DNA from: Gammaproteobacteria bacterium | GTDB lineage: Bacteria; Pseudomonadota; Gammaproteobacteria; Ga0077554; Ga007554 | Reading direction: 5' to 3' | DNA length: 41,673 nucleotides | Assembly: GCA_046590885.1 (NCBI GenBank) | Contig: JBKJTS010000027.1 | Coordinates: 1-41,673 of the forward strand | Shown here: positions 29,050 through 39,361 of the stretch, piece after piece | Position numbering within the stretch: position 1 is the stretch's first letter | Layout: each line of letters begins with the position of its first letter | The notes under the pieces: generated by a model | Database searches by the model: none | Seen by the model: the letters and a program-made list of their open reading frames with translations, nothing else | What the model was told of the DNA's origin: nothing | Program-made: the position numbers and the translations under genes

Positions 29050-30990
29050 CTATGCAGAGTTTTCTGTGGCCAAAGACATCAGCATGTCATTCAACCGCTG
29101 CACAAAAGCGGTCGGGTCATCCAGCTGTCCTCCCTCATTCAGCAATGCCTGATCAAACAGAAGATAGGTCCAGTCGGCGATACGTTGCGCATCCGTTTCC
29201 TTATTCAGCCGCATTACCAGTGGATGCTGTGGATTGATTTCGAGAATCGGCGCGGTGGATGGCACGGCGTGCCCGGCTGCTTTAAGCATCTTCTGAAAAT
29301 TCACTGCCATGTCATGCTCTTCTACCACCAGGCATGAAGGTGAACGCGTCAAGCGCTGACTGATGCGCACTTCTTTAACCTTGTCACCCAGTGTTTCCTG
29401 CATTTTGGTGGTGAGATCTTTCAATTCACCCGCCACTTTTTCTAACTCGTCTTTTTGCGCCTGGTCTTCCATCTCGCCCAGATCAAGATCACCTTTGGCG
29501 ATGGATTGCAGCGGCTTACCTGCAAAGTCGTTGAGGTGTGATGTCAGCCATTCATCGACACGATCTGACAATAACAATACCTCAATGCCTTTTTTGCGGA
29601 AGATTTCCAGATGCGGGCTGTTTTTAGCAGCGGCAAAGCTATCTGCGGTAACGTAATAGATTTTATCCTGCCCGGTTTTCATGCGCTCTACATAATCTCC
29701 CAGCGCAACCTCTTGAGCTTCGCTGTCGGTGTAGGTTGAGGCAAACCGTAGCAGCTTGGCGATGCGCTCACGGTTAGCGAAATCTTCAACCGGGCCTTCT
29801 TTGATAACGCGACCGAACTCTTTCCAGAAAATGGCGTATTTTTCCGGCTCGTTCTTCGCCAGATCTTCCAGCACGCCCAGCACTTTTTTCACTGAAGCGG
29901 CACGGATGGCGTCAATGCTCTTATTGCGTTGCAGAATTTCACGCGAGACGTTAAGTGGCAGATCATCAGAATCAACCACGCCGCGTACAAAACGCAGATA
30001 GTTGGGCATCAATTGTTCGGCATCTTCCATAATAAACACACGCCGTACATACAATTTAATACCACGGCGAGCGTCACGATCCCACAAGTCAAATGGTGCA
30101 CGCTTGGGCACATAAAATAGAGTGGTATATGATTGATTGCCCTCTACACGACTGTGGACATGTGCCAGTGGTTCTTCAAAATCGTGCGAAACGTGCTTAT
30201 AAAAATCTGCGTACTCTTGTTCGGTAATGTCTTTTTTCGGCCGTGCCCACAAGGCAGAAGCACGGTTCACGGTTTCGTCTTCATCCGCCGCAGACGGATG
30301 TGCAAGTGCGGCGGGAGGCAGGACGCCGGGAGCCGCTTTACCGGACGCTTTCATGATGATGGGCAACGAGATATGATCGGAATATTTACTGATGATATTA
30401 CGCAAGCGATAGTTATCTAAAAACTCATCTTCCTCCGGTCGCAAGTGCAATGTCACTTCAGTGCCACGCATCGGTTTGTCCGTCATTTCCAGCGTATAGG
30501 TGCCTTCCCCGTTTGACTCCCAGCGCACGGCCTGGCCACTGTCCTGTCCGGCGCGGCGCGTAGTTAGTGTTACTTTGTCTGCAACTATGAACGCGGAATA
30601 AAACCCTACACCAAATTGACCGATCAGCCGCGTGTCTTTGGCCTGATCTCCCGTCAGTGAATCAAAAAACTGGCGCGTACCAGATTTGGCGATCGTACCA
30701 ATGTGATCTATAACCTCTTCTCGGCTCATGCCGATGCCATTGTCCGAAACAGTGACTGTACGCTGATCTTTATCAAACGAGATGTGGATTTTTAAATCGC
30801 TACTACCCTCATACAGGGCATTATTGGTGAGTGCCTCGAAGCGCAACTTATCAGCCGCATCCGAGGCATTGGAAATCAGTTCGCGCAGGAAAATCTCTTT
30901 ATTGCTGTACATCGAATGGATCATCAGCTTCAACAATTGCTGGATTTCGGCTTGAAATCCTAATGTTTCTTTGGGTGTTTCTATGCTCAT
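29050..30990 (-). CDS. htpG: Molecular chaperone HtpG (Hsp90)
   Basis: 646 aa. [38 protein letters not shown] (GHKL N-domain) and [17 protein letters not shown] precedes the ATG. Confidence 0.96.
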   Translation of the reverse strand: MSIETPKETLGFQAEIQQLLKLMIHSMYSNKEIFLRELISNASDAADKLRFEALTNNALYEGSSDLKIHISFDKDQRTVTVSDNGIGMSREEVIDHIGTIAKSGTRQFFDSLTGDQAKDTRLIGQFGVGFYSAFIVADKVTLTTRRAGQDSGQAVRWESNGEGTYTLEMTDKPMRGTEVTLHLRPEEDEFLDNYRLRNIISKYSDHISLPIIMKASGKAAPGVLPPAALAHPSAADEDETVNRASALWARPKKDITEQEYADFYKHVSHDFEEPLAHVHSRVEGNQSYTTLFYVPKRAPFDLWDRDARRGIKLYVRRVFIMEDAEQLMPNYLRFVRGVVDSDDLPLNVSREILQRNKSIDAIRAASVKKVLGVLEDLAKNEPEKYAIFWKEFGRVIKEGPVEDFANRERIAKLLRFASTYTDSEAQEVALGDYVERMKTGQDKIYYVTADSFAAAKNSPHLEIFRKKGIEVLLLSDRVDEWLTSHLNDFAGKPLQSIAKGDLDLGEMEDQAQKDELEKVAGELKDLTTKMQETLGDKVKEVRISQRLTRSPSCLVVEEHDMAVNFQKMLKAAGHAVPSTAPILEINPQHPLVMRLNKETDAQRIADWTYLLFDQALLNEGGQLDDPTAFVQRLNDMLMSLATENSA

Positions 30991-31041
30991 GGGTGAATCA
31001 ACTCCTTGGGTTAAATTTTACTCAAAATCCGCTGGTTTACT

Positions 31042-31070
31042 ATATGGGGATGGAAACTCTGCAAATCAAG
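31042..31070 (-). promoter_or_regulatory. Sigma32 (RpoH) heat-shock promoter of htpG
   Basis: The reverse strand reads gggCTTGATT-(14 nt)-CCCCATATAg. The E. coli sigma32 consensus is CCCTTGAA-(13-17)-CCCCATnTA. It lies about 50 nt upstream of the htpG ATG. Confidence 0.65.
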
Positions 31071-31130
31071 CCCTCGATTTCCATGCGTATCTATGCTTGA
31101 ATGGGAACACACATGATACAAAGGATGTAA

Positions 31131-32780
<1,650 letters not shown>

Positions 32781-32925
32781 TTTAGGCGCAGAATAGTTTC
32801 ACATATTCAGGATTATGATATAAATATGGCTGTGGGGAAACGATGTTCCATACCATGATTGCAGCCATTACGCAAATACATTTGGTATTGATGACAAGCA
32901 TAAAGTCATGTTCACGCTTGGCATG

Positions 32926-33135
32926 TTAATGGATGAAAATACGGGGGAAATTTTTTTCTGATTGTTTCCCATCTGGGCAATAAGGGCACGGCTTATTAGG
33001 CAGAATTTTCGCTACCCCTGAGCTTCGTGAAATATCTCTGGCAACAGCATAAGGTTTGGCATTATCATGGTGGTACTGTTGTCGGGCACCTGCGATATTT
33101 GCCAAGGCCTTAACGCCTATCTGAAAGACGCACAT
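32926..33135 (-). CDS. Hypothetical 69-aa protein, possibly translationally coupled to the ATPase gene
   Basis: Its ATG shares one nucleotide with the ATPase TAA stop (TAATG at 33133-33137). The product is MCVFQIGVKALANIAGARQQYHHDNAKPYAVARDISRSSGVAKILPNKPCPYCPDGKQSEKNFPRIFIH. It has no recognisable family, one CxxC and a basic composition. It could be non-coding. Confidence 0.3.
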   Translation of the reverse strand: MCVFQIGVKALANIAGARQQYHHDNAKPYAVARDISRSSGVAKILPNKPCPYCPDGKQSEKNFPRIFIH

Positions 33136-34874
33136 TAATCCACCCGCACCGCGAGAACTTCTTCTATTGAAGTCTTCCTTTGCCAAGCTAGTCTCATTGC
33201 CTGCTCGGTAATGCGTGTCATGCCTTGCTCAATGGCTTTTTGGGTGACTTCAGACGCAGGCTTACCGTGGGTGATCATTATTGCAATTTCCGGCGTCACC
33301 AGCAATAACTCGCACACTGTGGTACGACCATGATAACCAATCTGGTTGCAAGCCTGACAACCTTTACCACGATAGAATATATCAGAAACGGCGAGATTAA
33401 ATAAACGGCGCACTGACGGGCTGACTTCTTCTTCACGCAGGCACTTCGGACAATTCAGGCGCACCAGACGTTGTGAAATCACCCCCAGCAACGTAGAGCC
33501 TAGTAAATAAGGTTCTATGCCCATTTCAGTCAGTCGCGTAATTGTGCCAGCGGCCGTATTGGTGTGCAAGGTACTAAATACCAAGTGTCCAGTTAATGCC
33601 GCTTTATTGGCAATACGGGCCGTTTCTTCATCGCGGATTTCACCCACCATGATTACATCTGGGTCATGGCGTAAGAAATTCCTTAATACCGCAGCAAACG
33701 TATAACCACGATCAGAAGCGACTTGCACTTGCTCAATACCCTCCATTTCATATTCCACAGGGTCTTCCACGGTGAGGATATGAGGATCTCTTTTTTTAAC
33801 TTCATTTAGCAAAGCATACAGGGTGGTTGATTTTCCTGATCCTGTCGGCCCTGTTACCAAAAATAAACCATGTGGCTTGGATACAAGATCTTTAATAATA
33901 GCGACGTCTTTCTCCGGTATTCCCAGTTTCTCCAGTGACTTTAGGCCTGTCTCTTTATCAAGAATACGAATAACGACACTTTCACCGCATACAGTTGGAA
34001 TTACAGATATGCGTAAATCAATACTTTTTCCTGCGCGCACCATACGTGCGTGTCCGTCTTGCGGTAAACGGCGCTCAGAAATATCCATTTCTCCGGTGAT
34101 TTTAATACGACTTACGAGAGGAGCTAATAAGGATTTACTAATCGTCTTTGAATAATGCATTTTTCCATCAATACGATAATACACATTCACACGATCTGTC
34201 TCAGGGCGGATATTAATATCCGACGCACCGCGCACTATGCCTTGGAATACAATGGCATTAAGAAGGCGGACAATGGGTTTTTTATATGCCTCCTGCTCAA
34301 TAACATGTGTGGCCACATTCGCTTTCGCATTTATACGAATAGGATCCATTTGCATATCTTCAAGTGCTTCAGTTTCATCAAAGATACCGTAATGCTTATG
34401 CACCGCCATGCTGATATCCTGGGATGATGCTTTCACCGCCTCGATATTCATCTTGGTATTAAAACGTAATACGTCTATCACTTTCTGATCCAGAGGATCT
34501 TCCAAAGCCACAATTAACTTGCCTCGGATCTCGGCTAAGGGGAAAACGTTAAACTGCAGGGCGAGGTCGGCGGATAATTTGCTTACGATATACGTTGGGG
34601 CATGAAAGTCCTGTAATTTTACAAAGGGAATACCAAGTTTTCTGGCCATGGCAATATCAACTTGTGCCAGTGTTATTACTCCTTTATCAATCAATATTTG
34701 TCCCAAGTGTTTTTCCGGCAAGGTGCGCTGCATGGCTAATGCATCATTCAACTGTCCCAAGCTAATCAGCTCATATTCAAGCAAAATCTGTCCCAAGTGC
34801 TGGTCAGGCAACTGTTTGTGTACATGCAAAACTGCTTGAATATCCTGAGCATTTTTAACTGTTACACGGAGCAT
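33135..34874 (-). CDS. GspE/PilB/MshE-family secretion-type ATPase with an N-terminal tandem MshEN-like motif
   Basis: 579 aa. Walker A GPTGSGKSTT, DPDVIMVGEIRD, His box TGHLVFSTLHTN, and a tetracysteine CPKC...CQAC. The N-terminal 24-residue tandem repeat is HLGQILLEYELISLGQLNDALAMQ / HLGQILIDKGVITLAQVDIAMARK. Confidence 0.9.
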   Translation of the reverse strand: MLRVTVKNAQDIQAVLHVHKQLPDQHLGQILLEYELISLGQLNDALAMQRTLPEKHLGQILIDKGVITLAQVDIAMARKLGIPFVKLQDFHAPTYIVSKLSADLALQFNVFPLAEIRGKLIVALEDPLDQKVIDVLRFNTKMNIEAVKASSQDISMAVHKHYGIFDETEALEDMQMDPIRINAKANVATHVIEQEAYKKPIVRLLNAIVFQGIVRGASDINIRPETDRVNVYYRIDGKMHYSKTISKSLLAPLVSRIKITGEMDISERRLPQDGHARMVRAGKSIDLRISVIPTVCGESVVIRILDKETGLKSLEKLGIPEKDVAIIKDLVSKPHGLFLVTGPTGSGKSTTLYALLNEVKKRDPHILTVEDPVEYEMEGIEQVQVASDRGYTFAAVLRNFLRHDPDVIMVGEIRDEETARIANKAALTGHLVFSTLHTNTAAGTITRLTEMGIEPYLLGSTLLGVISQRLVRLNCPKCLREEEVSPSVRRLFNLAVSDIFYRGKGCQACNQIGYHGRTTVCELLLVTPEIAIMITHGKPASEVTQKAIEQGMTRITEQAMRLAWQRKTSIEEVLAVRVD

Positions 34875-34954
34875 TTACATTACCTTACGTTGGGTTCATT
34901 ACTTGGCATTTTGACGTGCTGCTCTCATTTTGTAAGTTGTTTTCAGTCAATAGT

Positions 34955-34983
34955 TTGACATTATGCCGTAGAATTTTTAATAC
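34955..34983 (+). promoter_or_regulatory. Candidate sigma70 promoter in the divergent intergenic region
   Basis: TTGACA (34955-34960), a 17-nt spacer, then TAATAC (34978-34983). This is a sequence match only. Confidence 0.3.
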
Positions 34984-35024
34984 AACCTTGATTAAATTGC
35001 TAATACACGCCTACAGCGCGTTTG

Positions 35025-35059
35025 AAAAATGCCGCCTAATCCACTATGTCGGCATTTTT
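35025..35059. terminator. Symmetric A5/T5-flanked hairpin (terminator- or attenuator-like) in the 5' region of the GGDEF gene
   Basis: AAAAATGCCG (35025-35034) pairs perfectly with CGGCATTTTT (35050-35059) around a 15-nt loop. The GC core is only 5 bp, so it would be a weak terminator. Confidence 0.35.
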
Positions 35060-35117
35060 CGTGAGAAAATGAGTTGGCACAGTTATGGCATATATCTCTG
35101 TTGCCAGGAGGTAATCC

Positions 35118-36047
35118 ATGAGAACCGTACAGCTGACTGCAACACGCAATTTTACTTATCCGGATTTGACGCATGTCACCCCGGTATGGCCCACTGAGGC
35201 CATTGCCATTGCGACCAAGCAATCGATTTCAGATGAAAGTTTGCGTATCACGCGAGTTCTGCAAACCACGCTTGACACGGAAGAGCTTCTTGAGACATTT
35301 TTTAAAGAAATCAAGAAGTTTGTCTCATACACCGGGCTTTCCTACAGCAATATTCCGCAAGTAATCGAATATACGGTCGGCAAAGTTGCGCCCCACGCCT
35401 GCTCTTATCACTTGGTGATTGCAGGGGAGTCTCTTGGCGAGCTGAGTTTCACACGCCGCAAGAAATTTACCGACCAGGAAACCATGATCATTGAATACTT
35501 GATGTGCAGCCTGGTATACCCGCTGCGCAATGCTTTAATGTATAAACATGCCTTGCAAATGGCCTTGAAAGACCCCCTCACCGGTGTGAATAACCGCGTT
35601 GCAATGGATTCCACCTTGCAGCGCGAAGTGGAGCTGGCAAACCGCTATGGTACGCCGTTATCGCTGATTGCACTGGATGTGGATTATTTTAAGCGTATTA
35701 ATGATAGTTACGGCCATACTACTGGTGATTGTGTCTTAAAAGCAGTAGCCGCCGCCGCCGTTTCCAGCATACGTAGCACAGATATTATCTTCCGCTTTGG
35801 TGGGGAAGAATTTATTATTCTGTTAAGTAACACGGCTGAAGAAGGTGCCTTGTGTCTTGCGGAACGTATTCGTCAACGCATACAAGCGGCAAAATATATC
35901 TGCAATGAGGCAATGATTGCCGCTACCGCCAGTCTGGGTGTCGCCTGCCTGGAAAAAGGCGAAAATGTTCACTCGCTGTTTTCACGGGCAGATCAAGCAC
36001 TTTATCGCGCAAAGTCTGAAGGACGTAATTGCGTGAAACTGGCCTGA
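35118..36047 (+). CDS. Diguanylate cyclase: GAF-like N-terminal sensor plus GGDEF domain with I-site
   Basis: 309 aa with AGGAGG 6 nt upstream. DPLTGVNNR, LIALDVDYFKRINDSYGH, active site GGEEF, and RSTD (RxxD) five residues upstream of GGEEF (nt 35772-35813). Confidence 0.9.
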   Translation: MRTVQLTATRNFTYPDLTHVTPVWPTEAIAIATKQSISDESLRITRVLQTTLDTEELLETFFKEIKKFVSYTGLSYSNIPQVIEYTVGKVAPHACSYHLVIAGESLGELSFTRRKKFTDQETMIIEYLMCSLVYPLRNALMYKHALQMALKDPLTGVNNRVAMDSTLQREVELANRYGTPLSLIALDVDYFKRINDSYGHTTGDCVLKAVAAAAVSSIRSTDIIFRFGGEEFIILLSNTAEEGALCLAERIRQRIQAAKYICNEAMIAATASLGVACLEKGENVHSLFSRADQALYRAKSEGRNCVKLA

Positions 36048-36367
36048 CTTATTGCTGTAGCGCTACCGCTCACCTTGCATTATAATTCTAATGGGACTGT
36101 GCCCGCCACTCTACTTACCACTCCACAGTTAAAAGAACCCTGCAAGACAAAAACTCCATTCGCAATACAGCGACAGAATTCGAGCAGTGCTTGTCACCGC
36201 TGGGTTTGGAGCACATCTGACCGGCGAGTATCTGTAGCGCGGAGCACCGTCAAGATCGGCGCGGGCAAGTCCAGACCACTGCGACCCCAAACTGGGTCTT
36301 AACGTACTTTAAATTCCAAATTCTGAGGCAACCCCTCCATGGCCGCAGCCAAATCCCAGGAAGAATA

Positions 36368-36796
36368 ATGGAAACAAAATCACCATTACCGCCATTCACC
36401 TTTGAAACAGCAAAACAAAAAATTCAGGCCGCCGAGGATGTCTGGAACACTTGTGACCCTGAAAGAGTCTCGCTTGCCTATACGCCCGACTCAGAATGGC
36501 AGAATCGTTCTGAGTTTTTATCCGGGCGTGATGCCATTAAAAATTTTCTGAAAATCAAATGGGCTAGAGAGCTTGATTATCGGCTCAAAAAAGAGCTCTG
36601 GTGCTTTATGGAAAATCGCATTGCGGTGCGCTTTGAATATGAATGGCATGATGATGCAGGTCAATGGTTCCGTTCTTATGGCAATGAAAATTGGGAGTTT
36701 TCTGAAAATGGACTGATGCGATACCGCTTTGCCAGCATCAACGATATTTCTATTAAAACTACAGAACGTAAATTTTTGTGGGATAAAAAGGTTTAG
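36368..36796 (+). CDS. DUF1348 / NTF2-like (SnoaL-fold) family protein
   Basis: 142 aa. [45 protein letters not shown]...[27 protein letters not shown] matches my recollection of the conserved DUF1348 family. Confidence 0.8.
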   Translation: METKSPLPPFTFETAKQKIQAAEDVWNTCDPERVSLAYTPDSEWQNRSEFLSGRDAIKNFLKIKWARELDYRLKKELWCFMENRIAVRFEYEWHDDAGQWFRSYGNENWEFSENGLMRYRFASINDISIKTTERKFLWDKKV

Positions 36797-38952
36797 TTAC
36801 GTTTCCAGGTGTGATAACGCTCCATCCACTTAAGTATACTCTGCGGCGCATGTGCGCGCTTCCATTCGCCTGCCGCATATTTATTAGCTTCAGCAAGGGT
36901 AGGATAGGTATGAATGGTGCTGAGAATTTTATTCAATCCTAATCCATGGCGCATTGCCAGCACAAATTCCGCCAGTAAATCGCCTGCGTGCTCGCCAACG
37001 ATAGTCACACCGAGAATCCGATCTTTACCCGGAACAGTAAGCACTTTGACAAAACCATGCGCAACACTGTCAGTAATAGCACGATCAAGATCATTCAATT
37101 CATAGCGAGTGATCTCGTAAGGAATGTCTTTGGCTTTAGCTTCCTGTTCGTTCAGACCCACGCGCGCTACTTCAGGGTCAATGAAAGTAGCCCAGGGCAC
37201 CACGGAATAATCTACCTTGAATTTTTTAAATTCCCCAAACAGCGCATTTACTGCGGCGTACCATGCCTGGTGAGCGGCAATATGCGTCAGCTGATAAGGC
37301 CCCGCCACATCACCGGCGGCGAAAATATTTGGGTAAAGGGTTTCCAGAAATTCATTGGTGATGACAGTGCGCTGCGTCTGAATGCCTAATTCCTCCAGAC
37401 CATAGCCGCTAAGCCGGGCTGCTCGGCCAACGGCGCACAGCAATACATCAAACTCAATACGCTTCTCTATGCCGTTATGTTCAATCACAATAACTTTTTT
37501 GTTCTTAATCTTTTCGCAGCGCAAAGCGTTATGGCTGATCAGCACTGTTACACCATCGGCTTCAAGTGCTGTGCGCGCCAAAGCTGATACTTCTTCATCT
37601 TCACGGATCATGATGCGCGCACCTGACTCCACCAGTACTACCTGTGAGCCAAGTCGAGCGAAACTTTGTGCCAACTCGCAACCAATTGGCCCACCACCCA
37701 GCACCAGCAAACGCTGCGGAGCAGCATCCAATTTTGAAAATTCCTCCCATAACGTATCGCTGGTAACATAACCCACTTCTTCTATGCCCAGCAAAGGAGG
37801 AATCAATGGCTGTGCACCGGCGGCAATAACGATACTACGCGTGGTTAAACGGAATGTGCCACCCTCATTCAGCGCAATCTCTACCGTCCAGGGATCAATG
37901 ATTTTTGCATAACCCTGCAAAACCTCAACTCCCAAGTTTTTATAACGCTCGACACTATCGTGCGGCTCCACAGCGCGAATAACTTCATGTATGCGCGCCA
38001 TCACTGCTTTGAAACTGACACGGGGTGATATACGTTCCAATCCATAACGATCAGCAGTCGCCATATGGTGCGCAAGCTTGGCACTTTTAATAAGCGCCTT
38101 ACTTGGTACACAGCCGTAGTTAAGGCAATCGCCACCCATCTTATGCGCTTCAATTAGCGTGACTTTAGCTTTAACAGCCGCAGCGATGTAGGACGTGACT
38201 AAGCCAGCAGCACCACCGCCAATCACAATCAGATTCCGATCAAAAGACTGGGGGCGTTTCCAGTGATTTTCCTGGTGATACACGCGGCGCTTTTTTATCC
38301 ATTGAAGTGCCCGTTTAGCAATCAGGGGGAAAACCCCTAACAAAGTGAAAGACAACAGCAATCCCGGTGAAGCGATACCTGACAGACTGTTAATTTTGGC
38401 GAGCTGTGTACCTGCATTGACATACACTAGGGTGCCCGCCAACATACCAACTTGACTCACCCAATAGAAAGTAATAGTGCGGATGGATGTCAAACCCATC
38501 AAAAAATTTATCAGAAAGAACGGAAATATCGGCACCAGGCGCAGCGTAAAAAGATAAAGCGCGCCCTCTCGCGCCATGCCATCGTTGATGGCACTGAGTC
38601 TATCGCCGAAACGGCGCTGCACGCTTTCACGCAGCACATGACGCGATGCGAGAAACGCGGCGGTAGCGCCAATACTCGACGCGAAAGATATCAAAATCAT
38701 CCCCGTCCACAACCCGAACAATGCGCCACCTGCCAAGGTCATGATCGTGGCACCTGGCAACGACAATGCCGTAACAACGATATACATCACAAAAAATCCC
38801 GCTGCAACCAGCCACGGCGATTGCGCTTGCAGGGACGCAAACTTGCCGTGGCTGGCTTTGAGTGCATCCAGTGTCAGGTAATCACCCAGATCGAAGCTAA
38901 AGAACAGCACGATGGCGATGACAAACAGCGCGAGAATGATAATTATTTTCAT
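36793..38952 (-). CDS. Fusion protein: N-terminal DedA/TVP38 (VTT) membrane domain plus C-terminal class I pyridine-nucleotide-disulfide oxidoreductase
   Basis: 719 aa. Residues 1-215 form about 5 TM segments with the VTT-type motif (FGLWTG...[17 protein letters not shown]). Residues ~239-719 carry [10 protein letters not shown], the redox disulfide [13 protein letters not shown], a second GxGxxG ([10 protein letters not shown]) and a C-terminal dimerisation domain with HTYPTLAE. Confidence 0.88.
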   Translation of the reverse strand: MKIIIILALFVIAIVLFFSFDLGDYLTLDALKASHGKFASLQAQSPWLVAAGFFVMYIVVTALSLPGATIMTLAGGALFGLWTGMILISFASSIGATAAFLASRHVLRESVQRRFGDRLSAINDGMAREGALYLFTLRLVPIFPFFLINFLMGLTSIRTITFYWVSQVGMLAGTLVYVNAGTQLAKINSLSGIASPGLLLSFTLLGVFPLIAKRALQWIKKRRVYHQENHWKRPQSFDRNLIVIGGGAAGLVTSYIAAAVKAKVTLIEAHKMGGDCLNYGCVPSKALIKSAKLAHHMATADRYGLERISPRVSFKAVMARIHEVIRAVEPHDSVERYKNLGVEVLQGYAKIIDPWTVEIALNEGGTFRLTTRSIVIAAGAQPLIPPLLGIEEVGYVTSDTLWEEFSKLDAAPQRLLVLGGGPIGCELAQSFARLGSQVVLVESGARIMIREDEEVSALARTALEADGVTVLISHNALRCEKIKNKKVIVIEHNGIEKRIEFDVLLCAVGRAARLSGYGLEELGIQTQRTVITNEFLETLYPNIFAAGDVAGPYQLTHIAAHQAWYAAVNALFGEFKKFKVDYSVVPWATFIDPEVARVGLNEQEAKAKDIPYEITRYELNDLDRAITDSVAHGFVKVLTVPGKDRILGVTIVGEHAGDLLAEFVLAMRHGLGLNKILSTIHTYPTLAEANKYAAGEWKRAHAPQSILKWMERYHTWKRN

Positions 38953-39361
38953 GTGTTCACTTTACAGATAATAATATGTAGAAGATGTCTTGTGGCTGTA
39001 CGGCGATAGCAACGCTGGATGCGGGAAAGAAAATCTGGCAGGAATAGAAACTCGTTAAACCTGATCTGACAGTCACTTCTAAAAATCGGTAATTGTCAGA
39101 TCAAGTCTGAATTTCTACAAATAATATGCCAAGGCTCTTCTTTTAAAGATTCATGCCCATTCGTCCCCTTTAGCAAACCAACTTTCAAAAACTCTGAATT
39201 TACCCTAAATATCCCTTATATACCAATAAAATTAATATGTTAAAAATTATAGGCATCAACCAAAATCTAATCTTTCTATTTCCGTCATCAACTCCCCAGG
39301 GAATATCACCCAATGCTAAAATACGTTACAGTATTCATTCGCAAATTACTTCAAAAGGATC

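Noticed and set aside
36075-36302. 75-aa ORF, and possible cobalamin, ZTP or glycine riboswitch, in the GGDEF-DUF1348 gap
   Set aside because: The ORF has no RBS and a low-complexity Ser/Thr/Arg composition. For each riboswitch only short core-like strings match and the required helices (for example ZTP P2 or the B12 GGTG..CC hairpin) cannot be drawn. I kept it only as an unknown structured region in the findings.
38452-39009. Long antisense ORFs inside well-supported genes: 38452-39009 (+), 31707-32264 (-), 40175-40690 (-), 11162-11686 (+), 3064-3516 (-), 18609-19061 (+)
   Set aside because: Each lies fully within, and opposite to, a gene with strong family motifs. Their products are Arg/Ser/His/Cys-rich, as is typical for shadow frames. 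None has an RBS.
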